Source of the DNA: Candidatus Saccharimonadales bacterium
GTDB taxonomy: Bacteria > Patescibacteriota > Saccharimonadia > Saccharimonadales > 2-12-FULL-41-12
DNA length: 64,000 nt
NCBI GenBank assembly: GCA_025451045.1
Contig: JANWLD010000003.1
Location: forward strand, 69,690 to 133,689
Reading direction: 5' to 3'
Shown: piece after piece, positions 55,567-63,946 of the stretch
How the letters are laid out: each line of letters opens with the position of its first letter
How positions within the stretch are numbered: position 1 is the stretch's first letter
Translations under genes and position numbers: made by a program
Notes under the pieces: generated by a model
What the model saw: only the letters and a program-made list of their open reading frames with translations
What the model was told of the DNA's origin: nothing
The model's database searches: none

Positions 55567-56453
55567 GCCGGTTACTTGGACCAAGACGGGCGAGAATCCG
55601 CAAAGCCAATAAAAATAATAAACCGCGGGTCTTTAATTACAGTTCTTCCCAGGATTTGGATGCTAAAGCCTCAGGCAGTCCGGCAAAAGCTCCATCTGCT
55701 GGCTTGCAAAAGAAGATATCAGTGTTTGTGAATTATCTTATTGGAGCGGCCATTCTTGGCGGCGTGCTTTATATGTGCGTACTCAATCCGTCGGCGCAAA
55801 TAAAGGTAACAGGCGAGAAAGTTTATCCGAGGGAACGTAGTAGCTATGAACAAGGAGTAAACGACCGGCTGAAAGACTCCATTTTCTACCGCTTCAAGCC
55901 GACTTTTGACGGTGCTAAACTGACGGCGGCAATCAAGGCGGATTTTCCGGAGGTAAATGATGTTGACATCAGCATTTCACCATTCAGGCACCGGCCGATT
56001 ATTGAGTTAGGTTTGGCTAAACCGACAGCCAAGCTGGTTACAGCCGACAAAACTTATATTTTAGACGAAGAGGGCAGGGCTTTATTTGATGAGAAGTATG
56101 CTTCTGCCAGTCTTAACGAGGCCGCCCTTTTAACTATCAACGATGTTTCAGGGCAAAATATACAACTTGGCAAGCCGGCGCTTACCCAAGCCCAGATCAG
56201 CTTTATCAGGGAGGTTATCGGACAAACCAAGGCCAAGGGTTTGAATCCGCGTACATTTACGCTTTCCGGCGGCGGTACGGCTCTGGACGTGCGGTTTGAG
56301 GGATTGGATTTCTTCGTCAAATTCAGCTTTTATGCCGACCCGAAACAGAGCAGCGGGGCTTTTATAGCGCTTTACGAACAGCTTAAAAGAGATGGCAGCC
56401 TACCAAGACAATACATCGACTTGCGGGTTCCGGAAAAAGCCTTCGTTAAATAA
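55563..56453 (+). CDS. ftsQ: FtsQ-like cell-division protein (POTRA-type)
   Basis: Single TM segment followed by a periplasmic beta-rich domain, in last position of the dcw block. Confidence 0.65.
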   Translation: MSRLLGPRRARIRKANKNNKPRVFNYSSSQDLDAKASGSPAKAPSAGLQKKISVFVNYLIGAAILGGVLYMCVLNPSAQIKVTGEKVYPRERSSYEQGVNDRLKDSIFYRFKPTFDGAKLTAAIKADFPEVNDVDISISPFRHRPIIELGLAKPTAKLVTADKTYILDEEGRALFDEKYASASLNEAALLTINDVSGQNIQLGKPALTQAQISFIREVIGQTKAKGLNPRTFTLSGGGTALDVRFEGLDFFVKFSFYADPKQSSGAFIALYEQLKRDGSLPRQYIDLRVPEKAFVK

Positions 56454-56685
56454 TACTCCACTGCTCTTTCGTGTTCGTATTTTGTTCAGGTATAGCTATT
56501 TGCTTAGATTCTTAAAAAAATATATTTTTATATACAAATAATGAAAAGTCAAAAAAAGCAAAAAATCGGAAAAGGCAGGGGAGATTAAATAAAAAATATA
56601 CAAGGCGTGAAATAGCGTGAAAAATCAAATCCACTTGTGGAAAACTTTTAATATGGTCTTAATATATTTTCGGACACTAGGGACT

Positions 56686-56727
56686 GGTTAGTGGTTAGTA
56701 ATTAGTTGTTAGTAATTAGTGATTGAT
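56686..56727. repeat. Heptamer tandem repeat (NNTTAGT x5 plus a degenerate sixth unit)
   Basis: ggttagt ggttagt aattagt tgttagt aattagt gattgat, read directly from the sequence. Confidence 0.85.
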
Positions 56728-57047
56728 GGAGGAGCGATGCGCGGGAACGCATTAATGTTGCCGGAGCTGTAAATACTCCCCTAGCATAGGGGTATCGGAA
56801 CACATCTGACATAGATATATTAAAGTCGCAAAATATACATTGTGCGACGTTATGTCTAACGCTCAGACTGGTGTTCTCTTGCCACTATCCTGCTTATGTT
56901 TTTCTTATTTTCCCTGTTTTTGGTTTTGAAATTTTTTGCTCCCCGCCACTCCGGATACCCCCGCCATAAAAATCCGCTTTTGTGCCACATACCCTTTTTT
57001 GTTTATTTTATGATGTTCGTATTTTGTTCAATATTCCTGAATATAAT

Positions 57048-57506
57048 TTAGAGGTCTTTCGGTAGACGGATAGTCGGTACCGGTGTTTCGCTATTTTCAG
57101 GCACATGAGCATAGACTTGAGTCGCGTAGCCTTCGCGGCCTTTCTTTTTCTTCCGGCCCACATCAATGATTGTTACAGGGTTTTCCAGGTCATGGCCTTC
57201 AATTTCAAAGTTTTCTAAAGTTTCTTCGCCGGCATAGTGTATTGCATATTCCGCGACGAATTCAGCGGTAGCTTCAACCCAAGGCTTTCCGTCTTTTGGT
57301 AGCCCTTCTTCGTTTAAATCTTCCGGCTTGGGATCTTCGACTACTGGCCTGTCTGACTCATTGGCCACATAAACTTCAAAATCCTCACGGTTGACACCGA
57401 ATTCTTTGGCCATAGCTTTGGCGGCCCACTTGGCAAACTTACGCTGTTTTTTACTAAGCTCTTTGAGTAGGGGGTCTTTTTCTGGTGCTTTTTCGTGTGA
57501 GGCCAT
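57048..57506 (-). CDS. Hypothetical acidic protein
   Basis: 152-aa ORF with no motifs. Confidence 0.55.
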   Translation of the reverse strand: MASHEKAPEKDPLLKELSKKQRKFAKWAAKAMAKEFGVNREDFEVYVANESDRPVVEDPKPEDLNEEGLPKDGKPWVEATAEFVAEYAIHYAGEETLENFEIEGHDLENPVTIIDVGRKKKKGREGYATQVYAHVPENSETPVPTIRLPKDL

Positions 57507-57523
57507 TTTGTCAATATCCTGTT

Positions 57524-58549
57524 TTACTCGGCTAAGGCGTAAGTGGCTTTGGCGGTACGCTTGAACTGCGGTTTGCCTTGAAGATTAAGCAAAATCGTAG
57601 TTTCTTTGACGTAGCGGCTTTTTAGCACGCGCTTGACGATTTCGTCGCGGTGCAAAGGGCCGTCGGCTTCTTGAAGGACTTCAGCGATTATGTCGGCAAC
57701 AGTTCCCTTTTTGTAACCCCATTCTTTGAGCGCGTAAATTCCCCGCCCGATCAAAACGAAACGACTATCTTTAATCAGCTCGTTATGGATGGCCTGAGTG
57801 GTGACATCTTTGCGCTTAAAGTCGGACCCTTTGATAGCATCGGCTATCTCGTTGAAATGCATGTGCCTGCCCTGCTCTTTTAAAATCACATAGATTTTGT
57901 CGCGGATATTCTTGGGGTTAACAGTCGGCCATTTGACCAGGCCCCACAGCCCATTAAGCGTGGCGAGGTGCTTGCTTGTGCTGGAAAGCGCTTCTACGTG
58001 CTTCGGATCGCTTTGCTCAACCTTTTCGGTAACTTTCTCTATTGGGCGGGGTTCGCCAAGTGATTTTATGGCGTCGATTATCTTGCTGACATATCCCTGC
58101 ACTGCTTTGTGGTCGTGGACTTCTTTGATAGCAATGGACTGGTGGAAATGGTCATTTTCAGGGACTACGCTTAATACCGGGCTTAATTCGGCAAAAAACG
58201 CTACGCGGGACTGGTCCAGCTTGTTGCTTGGCTTGCCGATAACGGCGTCTGTCAGGTTGCTGACGCGGGCAACATTGCCAATATCGAGCAGTTTGGCCTT
58301 CAGAGAGGCTTCTATATCGGAAAGTCCCGGTATATCACCTTTCTCCCCGTCGGCTTTCAGCCGCAAAAGTACTGATTTTTCCAGTTGTCGTACCCGTTCG
58401 CGGGTAATGCCCAGAAGTTCACCGATTTGCTCTAAAGTTTCCCTTCTATCAAAAAGACCGAAACGGCGCGCAATTATCTCACGTTCCCTGTCCCGTTCAA
58501 TAGTGGAAAGGATAGTTTTTACCTTTTGCTCAATGTCTTTCTCGGTCAT
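57524..58549 (-). CDS. DNA-binding protein with sigma-70 region-4-like HTH and C-terminal HARE-HTH-like domain
   Basis: LEQIGELLGITRERVRQLEKSVLLRLK matches region 4.2. The C-terminal IYVILKEQGRHMHFNEIADAI...RFVLIGRGIYALKEWGY is a HARE-HTH-like pattern. No sigma region 2 is present. Confidence 0.6.
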   Translation of the reverse strand: MTEKDIEQKVKTILSTIERDREREIIARRFGLFDRRETLEQIGELLGITRERVRQLEKSVLLRLKADGEKGDIPGLSDIEASLKAKLLDIGNVARVSNLTDAVIGKPSNKLDQSRVAFFAELSPVLSVVPENDHFHQSIAIKEVHDHKAVQGYVSKIIDAIKSLGEPRPIEKVTEKVEQSDPKHVEALSSTSKHLATLNGLWGLVKWPTVNPKNIRDKIYVILKEQGRHMHFNEIADAIKGSDFKRKDVTTQAIHNELIKDSRFVLIGRGIYALKEWGYKKGTVADIIAEVLQEADGPLHRDEIVKRVLKSRYVKETTILLNLQGKPQFKRTAKATYALAE

Positions 58550-58737
58550 TATTCTCTTCCCCGTGTAATCATTTATGCTTATTATATAACTTTAATTTTT
58601 AATAGTCAAGGATTATTGTTTTATAATATTACAACAACACTTTTCACCTCTTTTGTGAACATTAGTATAACACGCTAAACAAAATGTCCAAAATATACGT
58701 TAGCAGTATAAAGTAGCCTGCCTAAACAGTGGTGGCT

Positions 58738-61017
58738 TTACTTCTTGTTTCTTCTTTTTCCTCTGGCTGGAGCGGCTTCAATGAGCGATTTGGCCGCCTG
58801 TTCATCGATTTCTTCGGGTTTTGTGCCTTTTGGTATGCGGGCGTTCTTTTTCCCGTCAGTAATATATGGTCCGTAAGGGCCGCGGACTATCGCTAATTTA
58901 CCGCTGAACTTCTTGATATAACGATTGGCTTCGGTCTCTTTTTTGGCTTTATATAGTTCTCTGGCGGCGGTTTCGTCAATAGTCATCGGATCATGCGGTT
59001 TTATAGAAACAAAAGTCTTACCTACCTTTATATAAGGCCCGAACCGGCCGATATTGGCGGTGATCTCTTCCCCATCTTCGGTCTTGCCGACGACTCTTGG
59101 CAGATTGAACATTTCCAGGGCTTGCTCGAATGTAACATTGTTTATGGTGGTATCAGCTGGCAGCGGCGCGAAAACCGGCTTTTCTTCATCTTCGGCGTTG
59201 CCCTTTTGCAGCATCGGGCCATAGCGGCCAAAACGGGCAAAAATCGGCTTGCCGGTCTTTGGATCGGTGCCAAGTTCGCGGGCTTGGGCGGTTTCCTGCC
59301 GGCTAACGGTTTCGGATTTTTTAACCAGTGGCGCGAAATCTTTATAAAAGTCGGCTATCATCTTATGCCAGATGACATCGCCATCGGCTATCTTGTCAAA
59401 ATCGGCTTCGACGTGCGCTGTGAATTTGTAATCCAAAATTGGCGCGAAATGTCGTATCAAAAAGTCATTAGTCCTCTCAGCCAAGTGGGTCGGAACCAGT
59501 TTTTTCCGTTCTACCCCCGTATTTTCGGTGACGGAACCGCTTTTGATTTCCCCGCCCGAAAGTACAAGGGTCTTCAGCTCCCTTTCCTGGCCTTCGGAGT
59601 CGGTTTTTTCTACATAGCCGCGCGATTGGATGGTTGAGATGGTCGGCGCATAGGTGCTGGGCCGGCCGATACCGAGTTCTTCCAGCTTTTTTACCAATGA
59701 TGCTTCGGAGTAACGGCTAGGCGGCCGGTCAAAGGACTGGATGGCTTTCATTTCCTGTAGCTCTAAGCCGGCGCCGACTTTGATGTCGGGCAATATGGTG
59801 TCTTCCTTGCCGCCTCCCCAAACTTTGATAAAGCCGTCGAATTTGAGTACCTCGCCCTTGGCAATCAGCTTTTCCGGGCGGGTCGAAATATCGATGTTAA
59901 TCTGGGTCTTTTCCAGCTGGGCGGCGGCCATCTGACTGGCAATCGCCCGCTTCCAAATCAGCTGGTAGAGTTTTTCCTGCTGGTCATCATCACCGGCGGA
60001 TTCAACGCTGAAATCAGTCGGTCGGATGGCCTCGTGGGCTTCTTGGGCACTAGCATTCTTGGTCTTGTATTGCCGCGATTCGTGATAATCTTTCCCGAAT
60101 TTGCCTTCTATATATTTGCCAGCGGCGGCGATGGCTATGGTTGACAGGTTGGTGCTGTCGGTACGCATATAGGTAATCCGGCCGCTTTCGTACAGTCGTT
60201 GGGCTACCGACATGGTCTGGCGTACGCTGAAGCCGAGTTTTGTTGAGGCATCCTGCTGGAGGCTGCTGGTAGTGAATGGCGGGCTGGGGTTGCGAGTAGC
60301 GGATTTTTTGTCCGTACCGGCTACCTTATAATTAGCGTCTTTGCAGTCGCTTAAAAATCCTTTCGCTTCTTCTTCGTTTTCCAGCGGTTTTGGAAGTTCG
60401 GCTTTGATTTCGTGCCTATCTATACTAAAAGCCGCCTGCAGCTTGAAACTGGACTTTGGCTCGTGCGCGTCGATTTCCCGTTCGCGTTCAACTATTAAAC
60501 GTACGGCTACAGACTGGACCCGGCCGGCAGAAAGTCCAGCCTGAACCTTTTTCCAGAGTACTGGCGATAGTTCATAACCGACTATCCGGTCCAGTACACG
60601 TCTTGCCTGCTGGGCATCGACCAGCTTTTGGTCTACATTGCGCGGATTTTTGACAGCTTGTTCAATCGCCGGCTTGGTGATTTCGTGAAAGACAATACGT
60701 TTAGTGGCTTTGGGATCAAGTTTAAGCGCATAGCAAAGATGCCAAGCGATGGCTTCCCCTTCCCGGTCTTCATCGCTGGCCAGCCAGACTAAAGTATCTT
60801 TATCGATTGATTTTTTTAGCTCGGCGACAATTTTTTTCTTATCAGCCGGAATCTCGTATTCGGGAGTAAAGTCGTTCTCTATATCTACCGACAAACCTTT
60901 TTTTGGCAGGTCGCGTATGTGGCCGAAGCTGCTTTTTACGGTGTAATCCGAACCCAAATACCGTTCAATGGTTTTGGCTTTGGCCGGGCTTTCTACTATA
61001 ACTAAATTTTTGCTCAT
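58738..61017 (-). CDS. topA: DNA topoisomerase I
   Basis: TOPRIM N-terminus (LVIVESPAKAKTIERYLG; DEDREGEAIAW), active-site region (RITYMRTDS), and C-terminal zinc-ribbon-less repeats. Confidence 0.95.
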   Translation of the reverse strand: MSKNLVIVESPAKAKTIERYLGSDYTVKSSFGHIRDLPKKGLSVDIENDFTPEYEIPADKKKIVAELKKSIDKDTLVWLASDEDREGEAIAWHLCYALKLDPKATKRIVFHEITKPAIEQAVKNPRNVDQKLVDAQQARRVLDRIVGYELSPVLWKKVQAGLSAGRVQSVAVRLIVEREREIDAHEPKSSFKLQAAFSIDRHEIKAELPKPLENEEEAKGFLSDCKDANYKVAGTDKKSATRNPSPPFTTSSLQQDASTKLGFSVRQTMSVAQRLYESGRITYMRTDSTNLSTIAIAAAGKYIEGKFGKDYHESRQYKTKNASAQEAHEAIRPTDFSVESAGDDDQQEKLYQLIWKRAIASQMAAAQLEKTQINIDISTRPEKLIAKGEVLKFDGFIKVWGGGKEDTILPDIKVGAGLELQEMKAIQSFDRPPSRYSEASLVKKLEELGIGRPSTYAPTISTIQSRGYVEKTDSEGQERELKTLVLSGGEIKSGSVTENTGVERKKLVPTHLAERTNDFLIRHFAPILDYKFTAHVEADFDKIADGDVIWHKMIADFYKDFAPLVKKSETVSRQETAQARELGTDPKTGKPIFARFGRYGPMLQKGNAEDEEKPVFAPLPADTTINNVTFEQALEMFNLPRVVGKTEDGEEITANIGRFGPYIKVGKTFVSIKPHDPMTIDETAARELYKAKKETEANRYIKKFSGKLAIVRGPYGPYITDGKKNARIPKGTKPEEIDEQAAKSLIEAAPARGKRRNKK

Positions 61018-61069
61018 ATATATAATGTGCCGTACCGCTCATGCTACTTGGCATGTCGTGCTTGGTCAA

Positions 61070-61160
61070 GCCCCGTAGTAGACTTTTGAGTTGGCTTCCT
61101 TTCAGGAAGCTAGCTTCCCGGCCACTTGGCCGAGAAGGTCTCAAAAGCTCACTACGGGGC
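61070..61160. repeat. Z element, copy 1 (about 91 nt, three-way-junction palindrome)
   Basis: 21-nt arms GCCCCGTAGTAGACTTTTGAG / CTCAAAAGCTCACTACGGGGC enclose two hairpins (GCTTCC-tttca-GGAAGC and a GGCC-containing hairpin). Pairing is best on the minus strand. Confidence 0.8.
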
Positions 61161-61207
61161 AAGTTTCAAGACTAATTGGTTTCTTATATATATGCAAGAA
61201 AAATAAT

Positions 61208-62068
61208 TTATTTCAGGTGCCATTGGTTGTTGCCCAAAGGACTTATGGCGCCTTTGATTTCAAGCATAGAAAGGGTTTGCTGAAAAAGCCGTATATTTAA
61301 ATTACTCTGTGCCAGTAGTTCGTCGCCGCTGTTAATACCGTTGCTGAGTAAATTTAGTAGAACGGATTCTTGTTCATTGTCACCGTAAATATCAGTTTGC
61401 TCCATTTGCTTCGGCTTTATGCCTAAGGCTTCAAAAATATCCTGTCCGCTGGTTACCATTACCGCGCCGGTCTTTAGCAAGTTGTTGGTTCCGGTACTGG
61501 TCGGGCTGGTTATATTGCCCGGTACGGCTAGTACAGTCTTGCCTAGCTCCAGCGCGAAATTTGCAGTATATAAACTGCCGCTTTTCTCGGCTGCTTCGGT
61601 GACTAACAGAACATCTGACAAAGCGGCGATTATCCGATTGCGCTGGATGAAAGATTCTCTTCTTGGTCGAAAATCGTCTTCGTACTCGCTGACTAGCACG
61701 CCGTCTTTGGCGATAATGTTTCTAGCCAGTTGCCGGTGGCTGGCCGGATAAATTTCTTTGATGCCGCTAGGGAGAACGGCTACAGTTTTGCCTTTTGCTT
61801 TTAGCGTGCTCATGTGGGCGATACTATCAACGCCCAACGCCAAGCCGCTGATTATACAAATCCCCGCCCTTGCCAAGGAGCTGGCCATCTCTTCGGTTAT
61901 ACCGCGGCCATAACTGCTGACTTTACGCGAGCCAACTATACCGACGGTCGGCATATCAAGCAGTTTGTTGATATCACCTAGGACATTTAATTCCACCGGC
62001 GGCTTAGCTAATAGCTTAAGCCGTTGCGGGTAGGTTTTTGCCTTTTTGCTTATCCTTATTATCTTCAT
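61208..62068 (-). CDS. dprA: DNA processing protein DprA (Smf)
   Basis: VGIVGSRKVSSYG, ISGLALGVDSIAH, and a Rossmann-like fold pattern. The C-terminal winged-helix-like tail is short. Confidence 0.9.
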   Translation of the reverse strand: MKIIRISKKAKTYPQRLKLLAKPPVELNVLGDINKLLDMPTVGIVGSRKVSSYGRGITEEMASSLARAGICIISGLALGVDSIAHMSTLKAKGKTVAVLPSGIKEIYPASHRQLARNIIAKDGVLVSEYEDDFRPRRESFIQRNRIIAALSDVLLVTEAAEKSGSLYTANFALELGKTVLAVPGNITSPTSTGTNNLLKTGAVMVTSGQDIFEALGIKPKQMEQTDIYGDNEQESVLLNLLSNGINSGDELLAQSNLNIRLFQQTLSMLEIKGAISPLGNNQWHLK

Positions 62069-62108
62069 TTACACTTTTTTGATAAATGTACAATTTTATA
62101 TTTAAGTA

Positions 62109-62137
62109 TTGACATAAAGTAACATTTTTGCTAAAAT
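62109..62137 (+). promoter_or_regulatory. Consensus sigma70-type promoter driving the structured RNA
   Basis: TTGACA (62109-62114), a 17-bp spacer, then TAAAAT (62132-62137). Confidence 0.6.
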
Positions 62138-62143
62138 TGCAAC

Positions 62144-62520
62144 TTGTAAGTCCGCCTAGTCGGATTTAAGCACCTTACACCCTTCCGTTCCGCTGTATAG
62201 CGGATTTACGGAAAGTTAGATTGTTTTAGAGTGCAGGTTACCTGCTGGCTAAACTAAGTTGTTACCCTCCACTTAGTATAGCCTATCCGCTTATGTTAGC
62301 AGATGCTCTAAAGCAAGCTAACCCCTTTAACTATTGCAGTCACCCTCGGGTGGCAATTGCGGTACCCCGTTCAATGCGAGCCTAAACGGTTTGTTCGTTT
62401 AACGACGGAGAAAACACGATCCTTTACGAGTTTATGGGAATCGATGTTTCGCCGGGGTGGGTTGAAGGGTGTAATGAGTCTCTAGCGGTGCCCACCCCCT
62501 CTAGAGACTCTTTTTATTTT
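62144..62520 (+). ncRNA. Unassigned structured RNA (about 375 nt), either a stand-alone RNA or a long cis-regulatory leader
   Basis: No ORF of 60 codons or more in any frame. An 11-bp long-range helix TTACACCCTTC (62175-62185) / GAAGGGTGTAA (62464-62474) encloses at least six local hairpins. GGGGTGGG (62455-62462) is complementary to CCCACCCC (62491-62498) in the terminator loop. The RNA ends in an intrinsic terminator. Confidence 0.6.
62476..62520 (+). terminator. Rho-independent terminator
   Basis: A 10-bp stem GAGTCTCTAG / CTAGAGACTC (62476-62485 / 62501-62510) is followed by TTTTTATTTT. Confidence 0.8.
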
Positions 62521-62639
62521 GCTTGATTATCACGGTTGACGCTTCGCTCGTGACTACATAAAAGTCCACCGGACTTTTATGCCCTCTAGAGACTCTTTTT
62601 ATTTGCTATTTTGTTGTTAATATTGTAAAATTATCATAA

Positions 62640-63287
62640 ATGAGAATTAGTGATATTGGAAAACTGGCTAAAGCCGAAGCCGATGATAATTTTGAGCTGA
62701 GGGTCTGGCTTATAAAACAACAACACAGTAAAGATACTGAAAGGCGCTGGAAAATAGAAAGAGATCTGAGAAATGGCGTTGGTGAAGACTATGATGTGCC
62801 CGAGCAACTGAACGCTATACTACTTAAAAGGATTTTTAACTTAATGAACGGACTATGGAACACGGAAAGTTATGGAACTTTTACCTCCGAAATAGCTATT
62901 GGCAGACCATCCAAAGAGAATCCTCGCCCTATGCTAGATAATTTAAGAGGTATTAGGTCTTCGCAAACATTTAAAATACCAGGTGTAGGCAAACCGGTCG
63001 TTATGGATCGGTGGGATGGATATCGCGTCTATGGCATAGGTGAAAGAGATGAGTTTACTACCAGCCTAGGGCTGAGAGGCCAGCTAGGCTCTTTTGCACT
63101 GGTGGGAGAGGGTAAGAGTTTTTACATGATGCCTGAGATAACCGAATCGCCTACAGAAACACAGCTTAGCGGTTTAGGCCGGACTGCAACTTATCAACGG
63201 GATATTGAAACTTTAGTTAATATATATTCCACGCTTGATTTAGATAAATCAATAATGCACGAAGAACCGGTAATCCAACCGGTTTAG
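62640..63287 (+). CDS. Hypothetical protein
   Basis: 215-aa ORF with no motifs. Confidence 0.6.
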   Translation: MRISDIGKLAKAEADDNFELRVWLIKQQHSKDTERRWKIERDLRNGVGEDYDVPEQLNAILLKRIFNLMNGLWNTESYGTFTSEIAIGRPSKENPRPMLDNLRGIRSSQTFKIPGVGKPVVMDRWDGYRVYGIGERDEFTTSLGLRGQLGSFALVGEGKSFYMMPEITESPTETQLSGLGRTATYQRDIETLVNIYSTLDLDKSIMHEEPVIQPV

Positions 63288-63302
63288 ACAATAAAACTGC
63301 GG

Positions 63303-63396
63303 GCCAGGTAGTGAGCTTTTGAGAATAACTCTGCCAAACGGCAGGGTTATTTAGTTCGCTTGAAAGAGCGAACTGCTCAAAAGTCTACTACTTGGC
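63303..63396. repeat. Z element, copy 2 (about 94 nt; opposite orientation to copy 1)
   Basis: The arms GCCAGGTAGTGAGCTTTTGAG / CTCAAAAGTCTACTACTTGGC are the reverse-complement versions of the copy 1 arms. The inner hairpins are AATAACTCTGCC-aaac-GGCAGGGTTATT and AGTTCGCT-tgaaag-AGCGAACT. The right arm overlaps the last codons of pth. Confidence 0.8.
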
Positions 63397-63946
63397 GGGT
63401 TTCGGCTGGGAGTTCCCCGCTGCCGTGGGCGTACTCGCTCAAGATACTGTTAGTTTCCTGGAGCAGTAGTTTCAGGTTTTCTTTTTGTTCTTTGCTGAAT
63501 TTACCAAGAACGAAATCTTCGCTGGCGATTTTCTCAGGTGATTTCGGTCCGACGCCAATTCGCACCCGGCCAAAATCTTCACCGCAGTGTTCTATAAGCG
63601 ATTTGATACCGTTATGGCCGGCAGATTTACCGCCGATACGTGTTCTGATAGACCCGAAGTCAATGTCCAGTTCGTCATGGACTACCAAAGTTTTTGAATT
63701 GTCTATCCGGTAAAAATGCTGGACAGCATGCAATGCTACCCCGCTGACGTTCATAAAAGTCGTCGGTTTTATCAAGATGATTTTGTTATTGCCCAGAGTA
63801 TGTGAAGTAAGCTCGCACTTCAAATCTTTTTTGTTAATCCAGTCTGGGAAATCTTGTTTTTTAGCAAAATTATCTAAAGCATCAAAGCCGATGTTGTGAC
63901 GCGTGCCAACGTAATTTTTACCGATATTACCAAGGCCAACAATCAA
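63377..63946 (-). CDS. pth: Peptidyl-tRNA hydrolase
   Basis: MIVGLGNIGKNYVGTRHNIGF, VVHDELD, and GGHNGIKS-like (SAGHNGIKS). Confidence 0.93.
   Translation of the reverse strand: MIVGLGNIGKNYVGTRHNIGFDALDNFAKKQDFPDWINKKDLKCELTSHTLGNNKIILIKPTTFMNVSGVALHAVQHFYRIDNSKTLVVHDELDIDFGSIRTRIGGKSAGHNGIKSLIEHCGEDFGRVRIGVGPKSPEKIASEDFVLGKFSKEQKENLKLLLQETNSILSEYAHGSGELPAETRQVVDF

Noticed and set aside
56686-56727. CRISPR array or telomere-like repeat.
   Set aside because: The units are 7 bp with no spacers. No cas genes are present and no repeats of 25-40 bp occur anywhere in the window. It is simply a short tandem repeat.
62144-62520. Assigning the structured RNA to RNase P RNA, tmRNA, SRP/6S RNA, a T-box leader or a cobalamin riboswitch.
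   Set aside because: GTAAGTCCGCC near the 5' end superficially recalls the RNase P GGAAAGUCCGG motif, but it forms a local hairpin and no ACAGAA..CGGCUUA partner exists. There is no tRNA-like T-arm or CCA end and no ..LAA-stop tag frame for tmRNA. GGGTGG..GCGGTACC is out of order and about 140 nt from the terminator, which rules out a T-box. There is no B12 box. The RNA is therefore left unassigned rather than forced into a class.
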